Assembly: GCA_050230475.1 (NCBI GenBank)
Contig: JBFLGF010000004.1
Location: forward strand, 62,001-126,000
Origin: Ancylonema sp.
Lineage: Eukaryota
Direction of reading: 5' to 3'
Length of the DNA stretch: 64,000 nt
Shown here: piece after piece, positions 17,830-30,744 of the stretch
Position numbering within the stretch: position 1 is the first letter of the stretch
Layout of the letters: the number at the start of each line of letters is the position of its first letter
Notes under the pieces: model-generated
Told to the model about the DNA's origin: nothing
The model's input: the letters and a program-made list of their open reading frames with translations, nothing else
Databases searched by the model: none
Translations under genes and position numbers: made by a program

Positions 17830-20064
17830 TCAGAATGTACTTTTTTCAGCCTCAATTCCCGCCAATATGATGTGCTTTGACCACAAGTACAAGTGCAGAC
17901 AAGGCTTTGAGGTCGCCTTCACAGCCTCCTCGTTTATTGCATCAAATATGAGTTTTGCTTGTTGTAGGCGTGTGCTTGTGGGCGTAAATGCGACTGAGGT
18001 CATGCGGCCAAATCTCTTCACGAAAGCTGTCTTGTTGGGGACCTGCCTTGGGCTGGCGCCGACAGCGATGCCCGGAACCTCTCGCATGTGTGGAGACTGA
18101 TGCTGTCTTGTCGGCGTGAACAACCTTTCCTTCCATGGTACACAAAGGTCAACAGGAGATGACACTAATGCTGCCTTGGAGGCTAGTTCCGGGGGGCTCT
18201 GGCTTGTAAGCATACTGAAGATGCTGAAAGACTTTGATGCACGTTTTGGGGACGATAAATTGAGAGGAGAAAAGTTCCTGTCTCTATGGCCACGAGGACT
18301 CGACGAGGTAGCAAATATGTGCCGGATTCGCTGCCAAATCATGTCTCTTGAATCGAGAGTCTCCCCCACCGTTAGCATTCCTGAAATAAGTGACGAGAGT
18401 AACGAAAGAGACAAATGTTCACCGACTGTTGTGTCGAGTAGTAAATATTTTAGACTATGAATGCGTGTTTGCATGACAACTCACTTGAACTTAAGTCCAA
18501 ATTTACTGGACCGGCAGTGGCAACAGCGACAAGGATCGACACAATCGGATTATGTGTCGATAAATTTACATAATCACATATCATCGAGGGCGACACAACC
18601 CTCACCTGTTAAGAGAAGACAAACGGTCCAAACGTCGACCACAACTGGCGGAGGACAAGTGTAAGCTTTCATCTCAGCGACCATTCCCCGGGAGAGGGGA
18701 GGTGGAGGCAGGTAAGACGTTGGTTGGTCGATCGATGGAGGCCACAGTTCCTTTTTGCCAGACGTGTCAAAGTGAGGGCCATCAACTGCATCTACCTTTG
18801 GCGGTGATTGAGTGTACGAGCAATCTTGCTCTGGCTCTGCAGCTACACGGACACAATGATTTAATTGATCGGACTCCTTTTTTGCAGAAGGATTTTCAAA
18901 CTGGCAGTGCAGGTTTGATGAAAGAATGACGCTGCAATATAGTTTCTCGTACAGCTCTGGCGTTGATGGAGTTCCTGAGGCTACATAAGAAGGAAATGTT
19001 ATTGTGGAAGGAGATTCTGAACGCTCTTCAAAGGTGGAGCCTCCATATAAATTTCCGTAGACCTCCGGGGTCGATGAAGTCGATTCAGAATCAATGGCTT
19101 CCAGCCCCCCCTGCGTCACAAATTATTATGCATGTTTTATTTGGACAGAATCCAGAAACGAATGTGATCGTTGTGAGCAATCATGCGGGGAGTCGCAATT
19201 CTCATGTTCCTTATTCCCAAAATAAACGCATGGCGCTGCTGTTGCTATCGCTTCTGCAATGACCGTTTCTTCCTCAAGACTCTGATCGTAGCTCCAGGAT
19301 GTCAAATGATAGTGAAGGCATGGTAATGGCAAGATAATAAACTTCCAGTTTATGGACTCAATGTACAAGTTATGTATGTACTTTCACAAACTTCGATATT
19401 TGTGGCCAAGATGATCAGTTCGAAGACGCTATCACAATAAAATTCAGAATAAAGGAAAAGAGATTCTCTCACAAATATTTCGGCATGAAAATCTCGCACC
19501 TCGTTAGTAGATGGACCTCTCCTTCTGGGCCATTCCAACGCCAACATTTCCATTTTCTTTTCTGGAGCGAACTTAACTCTACAGATGTCTCTGCACGCGT
19601 TTGTCCCACAATCTCTTGGCAGCAGTCCTTTGGCACTGTCGTCTACATCGAGAGGAAGTAATACATATGGGAGCTCCAGATTCTCCAATTTTTTGCGCAG
19701 ATACATTCTTGCAGCAAGCTGTGGAGCGGTGACTTCAAGAGAGAGAACGGCATCGCGGGCCTGAAGGCCAACATCTGGCAACCCCAGGCCAGACATACAG
19801 AGAATTAAATCCTGCTCCGTCATGGGAGTACGAGAGTACTTCATTGCAACACCACCTTTCAATAGCTGGATACACACCTGAGTATCTTACTATCTTGTTG
19901 CTATCCAATCTATCTTTAAGTTGATTCTCGAGGTAAGTCGCCCGCTCAGAAACAGTTTGAATTCTTTCTACTTCCAGACCTGGAGGCTTGGAGTTCATAG
20001 AATTAGATGTGTAAAGATAGTCGTTATAATTGAACGGTGGGTTGCATGGCCGTTGTAACGACAA
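17830..20064 (-). CDS. Possible multi-exon gene or pseudogene with a divergent RWP-RK-like segment
   Basis: Stacked minus-strand ORFs. 19877-19500 contains GLQARDAVLSL...CGTNACRDICR...LEWPRRR, followed by a GAG|GT donor and then Ser/Pro-rich ORFs. Similarity is weak and a frameshift is needed near 19880. Confidence 0.3.
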
Positions 20065-20428
20065 TGTCGGTAATTATCGACAGTTGGAAACCGTAATCAA
20101 CGCGTATGTGCATATGCTAGTGACTACGGCAAATTGGGGATGACCTGTTATATAGGGAAATTCGAACACGAGCATTAGAGTGGTTTGCATCTTATCGAGC
20201 GAAGTATCAGTTTTCGACTGGCAAATCGAACCGGATATCAAAAATATCCGGTATATGAGTACCGGCACGACAGTGGTGGAACTTTTCTTTTTTTTGTATT
20301 TTTTTTTTTTCCTTGCGTCTTTTGTTTGTGTTTTTTTTTTTCAAAATCATGGAATTAATATGCGGGTTATGTCGAAAGTACCGGTATAACGGGCATCGAT
20401 ATTATAATGAATTACGTATATTTATATA

Positions 20429-21999
20429 CAATGCTCCCCTCGATATAAGGACCCTCTTTATGAGGCCGACCTCGATACCAGGACATTTTTTTTGGAATTT
20501 TTACAAATCAATAAAAAATCGCCGTCGGTATAAGCATAACTACACTCTATATAAAGACAAATTGTTTCTGAAATTTGTTAGCGAATGTCCTTATACTATG
20601 TATACACGTTTTTTCTCGCATATAAAGTTGTATGGACATCGAAAATAATATAGAATCCAAGAATAATAAAATAACGTCGATGCAAGTGATGAAAAATATG
20701 GGTGCAAACTAGTATTCAACTACTTCTTGTCGACTCATGTCGATATTAGTATGTGTGTCCGTTTGTCATGCCATATCGAAAGTTGTTGGTGAAAATCTTT
20801 GGCTATTTTGCGACTAATGAAAATGTACACAAGGTTCTGGGTAAATTGGTTTGTTGAAATGTATGAGAATTGGTGTTGGAATAATAATTGTAAATGCATC
20901 AAATTCGCATATTACGTACTAGGGGTTAATAACTATGGGAAATTAATAATAATTAGATATCGACAAGAAAGAGTGCATCATCATGACCTTGTACAATAGT
21001 GAGAATGTCCGAGTCATCAGTTAGATATATCGACAAAGTCAGATAAGGGATGGGCATGGGGCATAGACAAGGAAGGTGACTAGGAGGAATTACAAAATGA
21101 CTAGGATAGCGGCGCCGCACACTATCCGGCACGCTAGAAGATTCTAGCAATTTGTTGTACTCACAAGAGATATAGCCTACTCGGCTACGATCTCTAAAAT
21201 CAATTACTGTGAACATCTTGACATCCTTGCAAACATTTGCACTCGTGTTGAATGCTTTACGTAATTCCCCTATGTATCCTGCGCATCGATAGCCCGGAAC
21301 ATATTGTGGGAGTTCCTGCCCACAGAGAGGCAGAAGTGCGATTTAGAGATTCGTGCCCACAGAGAGGCAGAGGTGCGAGAAGTGATTCCTGTCCACAGAG
21401 AGACAGAAGCGCGAGTCAGAAAGTAAGAGAGAATCCTGTCCACAGAGAGATAGTGGTCAGCAAGAGCGAGGATCTGTCGATATCATCGATAAAGATTTGA
21501 CAAAATGAATGACACCAAACAATTGGGTATTTTGTTTGCTTTTCAAAATTTAGAACTTATGCAGTTCTCTTCATGACAAGTATTGGTTTGTCTTTCCGTT
21601 CAACAATTGTCCATGTTGTTCATGATCATAGTGTTTACTCCATGTCCAACAAAATATGCGAGGACTTGGTGCTTAGTACGACCTTCATAATCCCCAACTC
21701 TCCCCGTATAGTTGTTTACTTATTTTTTGCCAATCGAAATGAATTGGTCTCATTACGCAATTGTATAGCTTGCATCACAACACCAACGTTGAATTGGATG
21801 AAGATGCCAAGGCAACTTACTCTAGGAAACATGTGAACAACACATTTGCTTGCTTACTTTGCTTCATTCACGACGTCCCGCGATACAAGGACAATCATTT
21901 TGAAAGTCAGTAGTGAATGTCCTTAAATAGTGTACAAGGACACCTCAATACAATGAAACGGATTTTTATTTTGTTGGTTCTTATATCGAGGGAGCACTG
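20429..21999. mobile_element. pogo/Tigger-like non-autonomous element with an internal insertion
   Basis: TA|caatgctcccctcgatataag ... cttatatcgagggagcactg|TA. Internal sequence matches 47980-48632 and 49031-49283. Confidence 0.75.
21315..21460 (+). repeat. Degenerate tandem repeat (~35-38 bp unit, cctgYccacagagaggcagaagtgcga) x4
   Basis: The core ccacagagag occurs four times in this interval. Confidence 0.8.
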
Positions 22000-23177
22000 T
22001 AACGCGGTAACAATACTAGTGCACTAAAAACAACGACTCCAATGATCGGTGTCCGCATGTTGATATTCAATATTACGTTGCGGTTCTAGTGGACCGCCAT
22101 GTCGCTATAGGTCACCATTACATGATATTGCAACACCAATTTATTTGCCAACCTCGGTGATTTTAGTTGGTGGAAATTAGTTGCACTCCGCTAGGTGTTT
22201 TTGCTTTTCGTATTTTCTATTTCCAATGCTAGTATCGTTTCTGACCATTGCCTCGCCATCGCCTCGCCATCGCCTCGCCATCGCGAAGTAGTCCATCTTG
22301 TCATCGTTTCTTGCCTCGCATCACCGAGTAATAGCCGACTTGTACAACCAAATCGCGAGTCTTATTGTTTCAAAGGATGGCATGCATTTCTTTTTATCTT
22401 CTCCGTACTATCTTTTTGCCGCCCAAATTTGGATCGTTCTATATTCATATCGATTTTATCTTCAAAAACGGTATCATCGATCAACTTTCCCGAATGAGCG
22501 GACTTGATCCCGGTTCAAAGAAAAGTATGCCAAATCATTGTTTACAGTATAAAAGTCCGTGATGTTATTTTTTTCAATAATATGGTTTGATTGTTTTTTG
22601 TGACAATGGTAGCGCGAACTTAATGTAGGCGAATCAAATGCCGGATATCTTGGAGTTTCGTTTAGTGTGGTGAGCCGTTGACATGTTTAGATAAACAATT
22701 GATGTGCGTTGAGTTGGATAAGGTACATTGTCGCTCTTCACTACCTGCGGATACGCACTTAATAATCAAGTAAAACGTTCATGAATAGTTGTATCATGAC
22801 TACAAATTTTCCAGCTTACGCTAAGATTCGCAGTGCAAATAACATTTCAGCGCTCTTATTTTCGAGTCACTTCACTTTCTCCCTTGTATTTCGTGAAGTA
22901 TGTGTAAGTTGTATCCGCACTCCGTGCTCGTAGCTTACGCTACCGCGGGGTCTCAAACTTGCCGAATTTTGCCTTCGAGACTTCGAAACGGATGGAACGC
23001 TCGGTGAGTATTTCGCTTCGAACTTCGTTTTCCTACTTCGACAACGCAAACGGTGTTTGTGCTTAGAGTTTTCACTCGTTTCATGCACCCTAAAAAATGT
23101 GGGGAGTTCATCGGTAATTCTTCGGCAATCGATTAACTTCACCAACATTAATTGCCTATCGCAATGTTTTAGTCGTG

Positions 23178-24867
23178 AATATTGCCCAGGGAATGCTTGC
23201 TAGCATCCGTGACCACTTCACACGGAAGCGTAGGGTCAAATATAGCCAATGTTGGCGCATGCGTTAAGCAATATTTCAGAGGATCAAACGCGTGCTGACA
23301 TTGCGGTCTCTACTCAAAGTGCGTCGATGCCTTGGTCAAATTTGTCATAGGTTTGGCAATCTCCGCAAATCCATAAATGATTTTACGGAAGTAATTTGCC
23401 AACCCCAGAAATGACCGAACGTCTTTGAAATCTTTCGGTGTTGGCCACGCCGGGATCGCATTTAATTTGTCCTTGCCGGGCCGAATACCATTGGGACCGA
23501 CGTCATGCCCTAAATAGAGAATCTTCTTTTGCATGAAAGTACATTTCTTTTTCTTAGCATAGTACTTATACTTGCGCAGTATTGACAAAGCCTGTCTAAC
23601 ATACTCAATATAATCTTCTTGCGTCGTGGAAAATCTAAGTACATCATCCAGATATACCAAAACGAACTTCCCGATCATCGGTCGGACTATATCGTTAACA
23701 GTTGCCTGAAAGGTAGCCGGGACATTCGTCTATCCGAATGGCAAGACCTTAAACTCATAGTGACCCATCGGCGTACGAAACGCGGTCTTGGGGCAATATC
23801 CGGAGTAATCCGGATTTGATGGTACCCTTGAGCTAATTCCAATTCCGTGAACACTTTAGCGCCATGCAATTGATCCAACAGATCATCGATACGTGGCAAC
23901 GCATATCGGTTTTGACGGTTTGTTCATTAAGTGGTGAAAATCGATGCACATTCGTTAACTCCCCCATTTCTTAGTTAGAAGAAAAATTGGTTGACCATAC
24001 GGCAAAGAGGATGGAACTATTCAACCTTTCGCTAGGTATTCTACTATCTCTTTCTTTGCCTCGGTAATTTCCAAAGGACTTAGACGATACATTGGCCGAA
24101 ACACCGGTTTGGCCCCTGGCTCCAACGGAACTGTATGATCGGTACCCCGATCAGGTGGCAATCCATGCGGAAGGTCATCGGGAAACACATCGATGAACTC
24201 ATCATTCAATGTTTGGATAGGCGGAGGGATGCCCGGCATCGACTCCTCTTTTTGCGATTGCCATTCTTCACCATCCGCTAACTCTTCCTCGAGAGTTGTG
24301 CGAACATAGTTGGACAAAGAAATCTTGAGCACCTCTCTTCAAAGCCTTGGAGAGTTGTAGGGATGATAATACGGTTGGATTTTTACTAGGAAGTTGGCAA
24401 GCTTCCAAAGTCATGTAGCGCAACCCTTCATTAATACGGCACGATTTCGTACCAAAAAATATATATATAATGGCATTATGTTGATTCAACCATTTGTGCC
24501 CAAGAATGGCGTCCATAATCGGTGCTAAGCTAAGCACATGGTGAACAACGTTGCTATTATATGCCCCCAATTTGACCTGGAGAGTCGCACGCCCCTTTAT
24601 GTCCACTTGGCTTCCATTCACCAATGTCACCATGCCATTGGTACCGGGAGCGTAAGCAATGTTGTGTTGGCAAACAAATTCATCACTTACAAAGTTTAGG
24701 CTAGCAAGAGTGTCCATTTGCATGACCACCTTGATGCCGGCTATTTGTTCTTGGTATGTCAAAGCATTGACAGCCGATGAAAGTGTTGCTAACGTTACAT
24801 TTGTGGTTCTTATCAACATACTATGTTTTTCACGGCAATGAATGCGGGTGATCCCGGATGCATGCAC
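23178..24867 (-). mobile_element. Decayed Ty3/gypsy pol fragment (protease, RT, start of RNase H)
   Basis: MDTLASLNFVS/DAILG protease; [75 protein letters not shown]. Multiple frameshifts and stops. Confidence 0.92.
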
Positions 24868-25159
24868 GTGATTGACGTTGTCAAACTTGCCAATTTGTTT
24901 ACCTACTGTGAATGCAACCGGCCATTGTGTGGTATCGCTTTTACATGGAATAACAATAAGACACTAATACGGTCCAAGCATGGTTTCGAAGTATTTTATG
25001 CAATCATCTAGAACCTTCCCAAAAGATAAGAATAATCACGCATTTGAAGGCAAAACAGTGAGGTCAAAAAAGCGAAGGAAGGAGTCAATGCATCACGTTT
25101 GTACACATTGTTAATAATTTTTTGATCGGCTTCCAAGCCTACAATGAGTGGGATAACAC

Positions 25160-26920
25160 TGTCATGACGCTAGAGATCGTTAAGGGTAAAACCCCTTTGT
25201 AACAATATCCAGACCTCTCTAGTAAAATACCTTGTTAGAAACAATCAGATTCGATATTAAGATTTCATGATTTTGTGTGAAGTTATAACGAGTACTCCGC
25301 AAAATCCAACAATTTTTTGTAAACTCGAAAATAACGCGTGGCGTATTTTCCGAGTATAATATCCAGCAGTCGTACAATTTAGACTGCGTGTCGATTTTTC
25401 AGCGCTTAGCGCAACTTTGTTATCGACGATGATATTTCTGACTTGTCGATATTATCCCGGCGATAAAATCCAGCCGAAGAATACTTGACGTCTGAAAATT
25501 TGTAGCGCCAAGATTAAAAATAGAAATTTCTCTAGAGTACAGCTTGTTGATTAACCATGTCCTTTAACTCTAGTTAGTTTTGTACGATTAGACGATCGTA
25601 GCATAAAGACATTTTTCATTGTACAGATCTTCCAGCTTCCGATGTCAGATTGCGCCGTCAAGAAACTTTCAAAATATATTCTCTTCAAATCCTATCAACT
25701 GTATTCTCTGAATTCTGCAACTCCTGGCTGACGCCAGTTCTTGCCATCATCTCCGTGTCTTGTCTACGATTACTCGTGCGACTACCGTCGACGAATTTTG
25801 TAAGTTGACCAAAGTGCCTTCGCAACTTCCTGTCATTACTTTGTGTATTCAGCTGACGCTCTTACTGAGCCAGCCTGTAAACTTGATTGTTTACCATCAC
25901 ATCTTAGTACTGACGCTCTTACTAAGCCAGCACTAACCGACTACCACATTGGTGACGCTCTTACTGAGCCAGAACTACTTTGTCGATTTACATCGATCTG
26001 TTACCGCTCGCACCGAGCCAATATGATAACGACGCGCAACCACTTGTTGACGTTCTAACTGAACCAACAAACCACATCCATCAATCAACATCTGTCAACG
26101 CTCCGTTTGACAGCCGAACTTTCTACTCGAAAGTTTACCTTTCGGCTGTCGACCTTAATATTATGCACCAGAGTGTATTCTGTTTACCATCAACAATCAT
26201 TTCCATACTTTCTATTGTTGATAGTAATTGTCGACTCGCCCTCGGCGTCAAGTAGTGTTCCACACATTAACGCACGAGAAAGTGTGATAGAATTAGCGTA
26301 ATACCTAGTTCTCAGTAGAGACTCAATCTGCAACCCAACTTCAATCAGACCAGCGGAAGATTTTTTCACAGCGGAAAGTCAGTACCAAAGTAAGATTTCA
26401 ACATTTTTATTTTTATTTTTATTTTACTTCGATGTTCTAAAACACTTTTACTAGTGTATGTGGACAAGGAACAGAAGTGAAAGATCGTCTAAACTGGAAA
26501 TACCATTAGGAGAAACGGGTGAAACAGCAACTGCACCAGCTGCTGACACCAATAACCCTAATTCAGACCAGTTTGACACACCACTATCAGAATTCGAAAG
26601 ACTTCGAGAAATTACCACCTCACTTGTTCAGTGAACCATCTGAATCTTCATTGAACTCTGAACAAGGGGTACAACAATTTTCACCAAACCATATCGAACG
26701 ACATAATTCGGTACCTACCAATTCTTCAGAAAAAAATATTTGTCGACCTTTTTCTGACTCGATCGGTTCTGTCCATTGACCCACAAACTGACCAGATTGT
26801 CGATACTTCGATACCGGCTGCACCAGCCACATCGGAAACCACACCGAAACCATCGATACCTCTACCAGTACCGGGACCAATCGGAGCACCACCACAAGTC
26901 TTATCAGTCTATCGAGCACG
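25160..26920 (+). mobile_element. 5' leader plus start of a gag-like ORF of a relative of the DNMT-bearing element
   Basis: Patches match the reverse complement of 28535-29773 in the same order (ctgtcatg.cgctagag.tcgtta; ccagct.ccg.tgtcag.tt.cgc.gtc; tcagtag.ga.tcaa.ct.ca). Internal tgacgctcttact.agccag repeats at ~25853-25973. Decayed ORF from ATG 26458. Confidence 0.5.
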
Positions 26921-27519
26921 GATCAAAGGTGGGACAGACCATTGCGCACGCGTGCCGCACCGGGACAATTTCTGTAATCGACTTTCGGAAGTCGAAATTT
27001 GACTGAGTAGTGAGTACTTACCATTTTGCACTGTAAGTAGTTCGATATAACGTCTTAGGCCCTAAATTGAATACTGCCACGTTGTAACCGGTTCACCAAA
27101 TACGTTTCTTAAATTTGGAAACATCCCGCCACCCCTGGGGTGTAGGAAGTACCCCCCACCCCCCGGGAAATAATAATATAATTTTAACGCCTGTGGGTCA
27201 GCACCGTGCGCGAGATTTGCGCACGCGTGCGGCACGCGTGCGCGAGCGCACGCGTGCGGAACACGTGCGGGACGCGCACTTGAAAGACCGATCTATGCTT
27301 CTAGGCTACAAATCGAACCGAATCGATTTGGGCGGGCAATTATCGATTGATGGCGCCGCAGGGCCACCTGTAGGCGCCGCAAAGCGGTGCCGAAAGGATA
27401 ATTTTCCAAACTGGGTAATACGAGGTTCGTATTACGAATCGAGAAACCATGTGCGGAGCTTGTTTATGGTTAATCCTAGGGCATTCGATACTCAACAACA
27501 TGTAGTCCCAATTCTGTGT

Positions 27520-28330
27520 TGTTAACTTTTTTGCTTGATGCATTTGGAGTAATTTTTAACCCCCTATTTGTGAACTTTCTTCTGCCATCGATGCAAGAAT
27601 AAAGTTCACTTCTTCTTAATCTCTTTGAATCAAACAGATCACGACATTACAAACGTCGACACACCAAAAGTGCAAGGTTGAAGTAGAAAGTACTGATTAA
27701 CATAATTATGCATGCAAGCCCAGACCTAGTAAAGTCGATTGCTGCGTGGTCAAAGGATCTACTGATATAAAAACTACTTAGTCGACTGCCAATCATATCT
27801 AAGCATTCTGCCACATCGACTTGTTCTTATCGACACTTGTGCCAGATGGCCAAGTAATAATTGAAACAAAGACATCGGCCTGCAGCCTGCATTTGCTGAA
27901 TAACGACAAAACCAAAGCTAAAATCCCGGTATTGCTAAAATCGATATAACGATAAAAGTTCACAGCCCCAAAAAACTAACACCCTCTCCGTGGGTACTTT
28001 TGTATTCCCCCTCCAAAAACGATAACGAAAACGATATCGATTTTACAAACAAAAACTCAAAAACTCTTGAAACTCAACAAAGTAAACACAATCAAGAAAC
28101 CAACTACAATTATTTTTCATACACCAAGCCCACCAGATCAAAATTCTTCTTCAACACCTTTATAGACACCGGTTTTGTTAACACATAAGCAACCTGGTCT
28201 TCACTCTTTACAAACCGGAGCTTGATCTTATTCTTAGACACCCTCTCTCTAATGGAGTGATACTTGATCTTGATATGCTTGGAACGTTTGTGGAAGACAA
28301 GATTCTCAGCAAGTTTCAAGGAACTCTCAT
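27520..28330 (-). mobile_element. Ty1/copia 3' remnant: RNase H end, PPT and 3' LTR (27981-27520)
   Basis: NESSLKLAENLVFHKRSKHIKIKYH...DQVAYVLTKPV; PPT ggagaggg followed by TGTTAG...TTAACA. Interrupted at 28330/28331 by the next element. Confidence 0.85.
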
Positions 28331-28534
28331 TGACGTGCCAGATGAAGTCGGCAGACAGCCTGTCGACGAAATCTCTCACAAACACAGAAATCGACAGATT
28401 TTGGAAAAATCTGCAAAACTTGACTTTTTATAGTTTTTTTGCGTCGATGAAAATGACGGATGTCGGTTGATGACTTGGCTGCTTTCTGGATGAGCAGCAG
28501 CAGGAGTGGGCCTTGGGTCATCATCTGGATCTCA
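28331..28534 (-). repeat. ~200-bp LTR-like module, distal copy (B2)
   Basis: TGAGATCC...GGCACGTCA on the minus strand, roughly 90% identical by eye to 29774-29974; contains a TATAAAA. Confidence 0.9.
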
Positions 28535-29773
28535 CTAGAGGAGATTGGTGTAGGTTGAATCCCTACTGACCACACAAGAATGTAATTCAAGCACGGTATG
28601 TGACTTATCAACGAAGTTTGCCTAGCTACTACTCGCCGAAAGCTGAGATGCACTCAACGCTTAGTGGTAGGAGGTCTAGAAACAACACTAAGGTTAATCA
28701 GGCGTTGCAAGTTATCGCACTTCACAACAGGTGACAACTACGAGTAAAGAGAACGCAAGTCAAATATCTATAGAATTTCTGCAAGGGTGCAGAATGGATG
28801 ATAGTTGGTTGCGTCAGGATGCGCACTCACTATTGGTTTCGGGAATCAAACGTTGTCGTGAATAAAACGATTCACTGAGATAAAGTGGAACGGGTGCAGA
28901 CAATTCAAAGGGTGAATTGTCTGACTGAGCTCGCACGAAACGGTGCAGCTAATTGTAACAATTTTTGACGTCAACAAAACGGCTGACAATCAAGAACTTG
29001 CAAGGGTCACGATTTTGCAAGGGTAACGATAATTCTGACTACGGCAGAATTTCACACGAAGCGTATGCAAAACGGCACACGGCTTTTTGTACTACTTGAG
29101 ATGCGACAGCACGCACAAGCAAACACGCAATTTCACAGAACACGGCTGGATGGAGCGACGTGAAGTTTGCAGAAATTCACAGAGAATACCAAAGGCGAAA
29201 CGGCACACTTGATAACGATTGTTGACGATTGCAGATTACACGAATTCACAGAGATTGCAAAGATGGCGATTGCAAAAAGTTGTTGAAATTCAGACAGCGT
29301 AAACTGACAGCGGGAGCTGGCAGTTCAGAAAACGACTTAGGCTTTAGTACAATCGACGCGCCGTTTCACACGCGCGGTAATCTAGATCTTATCTTGATCT
29401 AAGGTATAAAAAAAAAATCGACTAGACAGATAATCGTGACTGTCTATTATAGAGTTCTATATTTAACACGTGCGGCGGTTCAAACGCCAGGCTGGCTGAC
29501 TGAGATAAAGTTCGGCGCGCACTGGGAATCTACTAACTCGTCGATACGACAAAATACTCCGAATTAAAATCTAAAAAGTGGTACACCGACTTTTCTAGAT
29601 TGACTGAGTAAAAATAAAATAAAAAATCAAACGTCTGACTGATTGAAACTCATATAACGACAGAGTTCAATATAACGACTAAACAAATCGACAATTACCA
29701 AAATTGCTATTTTTCAAGCGGATCGACACTTGAAAAGACTTTACTTTCTAACGAACTCTAGCGGCATGACAGC

Positions 29774-29974
29774 TGACGTGCCAGATGGAGTCGGCAGACA
29801 GCCTGTCGACGAAATCTCTCAAAAACACAGAAATCGACAGATTTTGGAAAAATCCAAAACTTGAATTTTTATAATTTTATGCGTCGATGAAAATGACGGA
29901 TGTCGGTTGTTGACTTGGCCGCTTGTCTAGATGAGCAGCATCAGGATTGGGCTTTTGTCATCATCTGGATCTCA
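29774..29974 (-). repeat. ~200-bp LTR-like module, proximal copy (B1), immediately after the PPT
   Basis: Direct repeat of 28331-28534 with TG...CA ends. Confidence 0.9.
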
Positions 29975-30744
29975 CTCCCCCCCCCCAACTAAGACAGCTC
30001 TGCGTCGGAGGCTGGGACACATGGACAGATGATGTGTAGCAAGGTCAGGATATATTGCAGAATACCGGGTTTCTTGGTGCTTACTATCGAGACATAGGTT
30101 TTCTCAAATGCAGTGCACATACGACCAGGTTGGTTAGGAAGTCCGAATTGCATTGGTTTCCAGTAGTAGGCATGATGTGAGGTGCCTAAGTCATACTGTA
30201 GTTGAATGGCATGCAAGGGTGAAGGAAATTGTTCTGAAAGAAACTGTGGGTTGGTGACATCGGGTGAGACAGCGGGGGTTGACACGGGGTCAAGATCTAC
30301 TGTGGTTACTCGCCAAGGTGTACATCGTGAGGTTTCTTCAGAGAGAGGTGATGAGTGACAAATCAAATCTGGGACTTCTGCCAAAAATTCCAAAATATCT
30401 TGTTCATTTTGAAATAACTTGGTTGCAATTGCAGCGAGGGACTCTGTCTGAGTGATGGCTGGCTGAGAGCAAGGGTGAATAGTGGTTGAAGATGTCGATG
30501 TGTGTGGTGAACTAGATACGGAAGAAAATGCACTCCTGGTTTTCCAAGGTTCGTCATTAACAGGTGGTGGGATTGCTACTGGCGCAAGGAGAACTGAGCG
30601 TACGGGTTTCTTCTTTTTGTTTTGTTGCTTGGGTTTCACATGCATTGGTTGAGTGACAGGATGCATTGTAACTTTCGTCGAGTTGGCCCTCTGCCTCAAC
30701 AAGGATGGTGGGGAATACCTGAGAGTTGAAGTGAGGCGTTGTCC

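Noticed and set aside
21315..21460. CRISPR-like repeat array (also 25853-25973)
   Set aside because: Degenerate units, no regular unique spacers, no cas genes, eukaryotic TE context.
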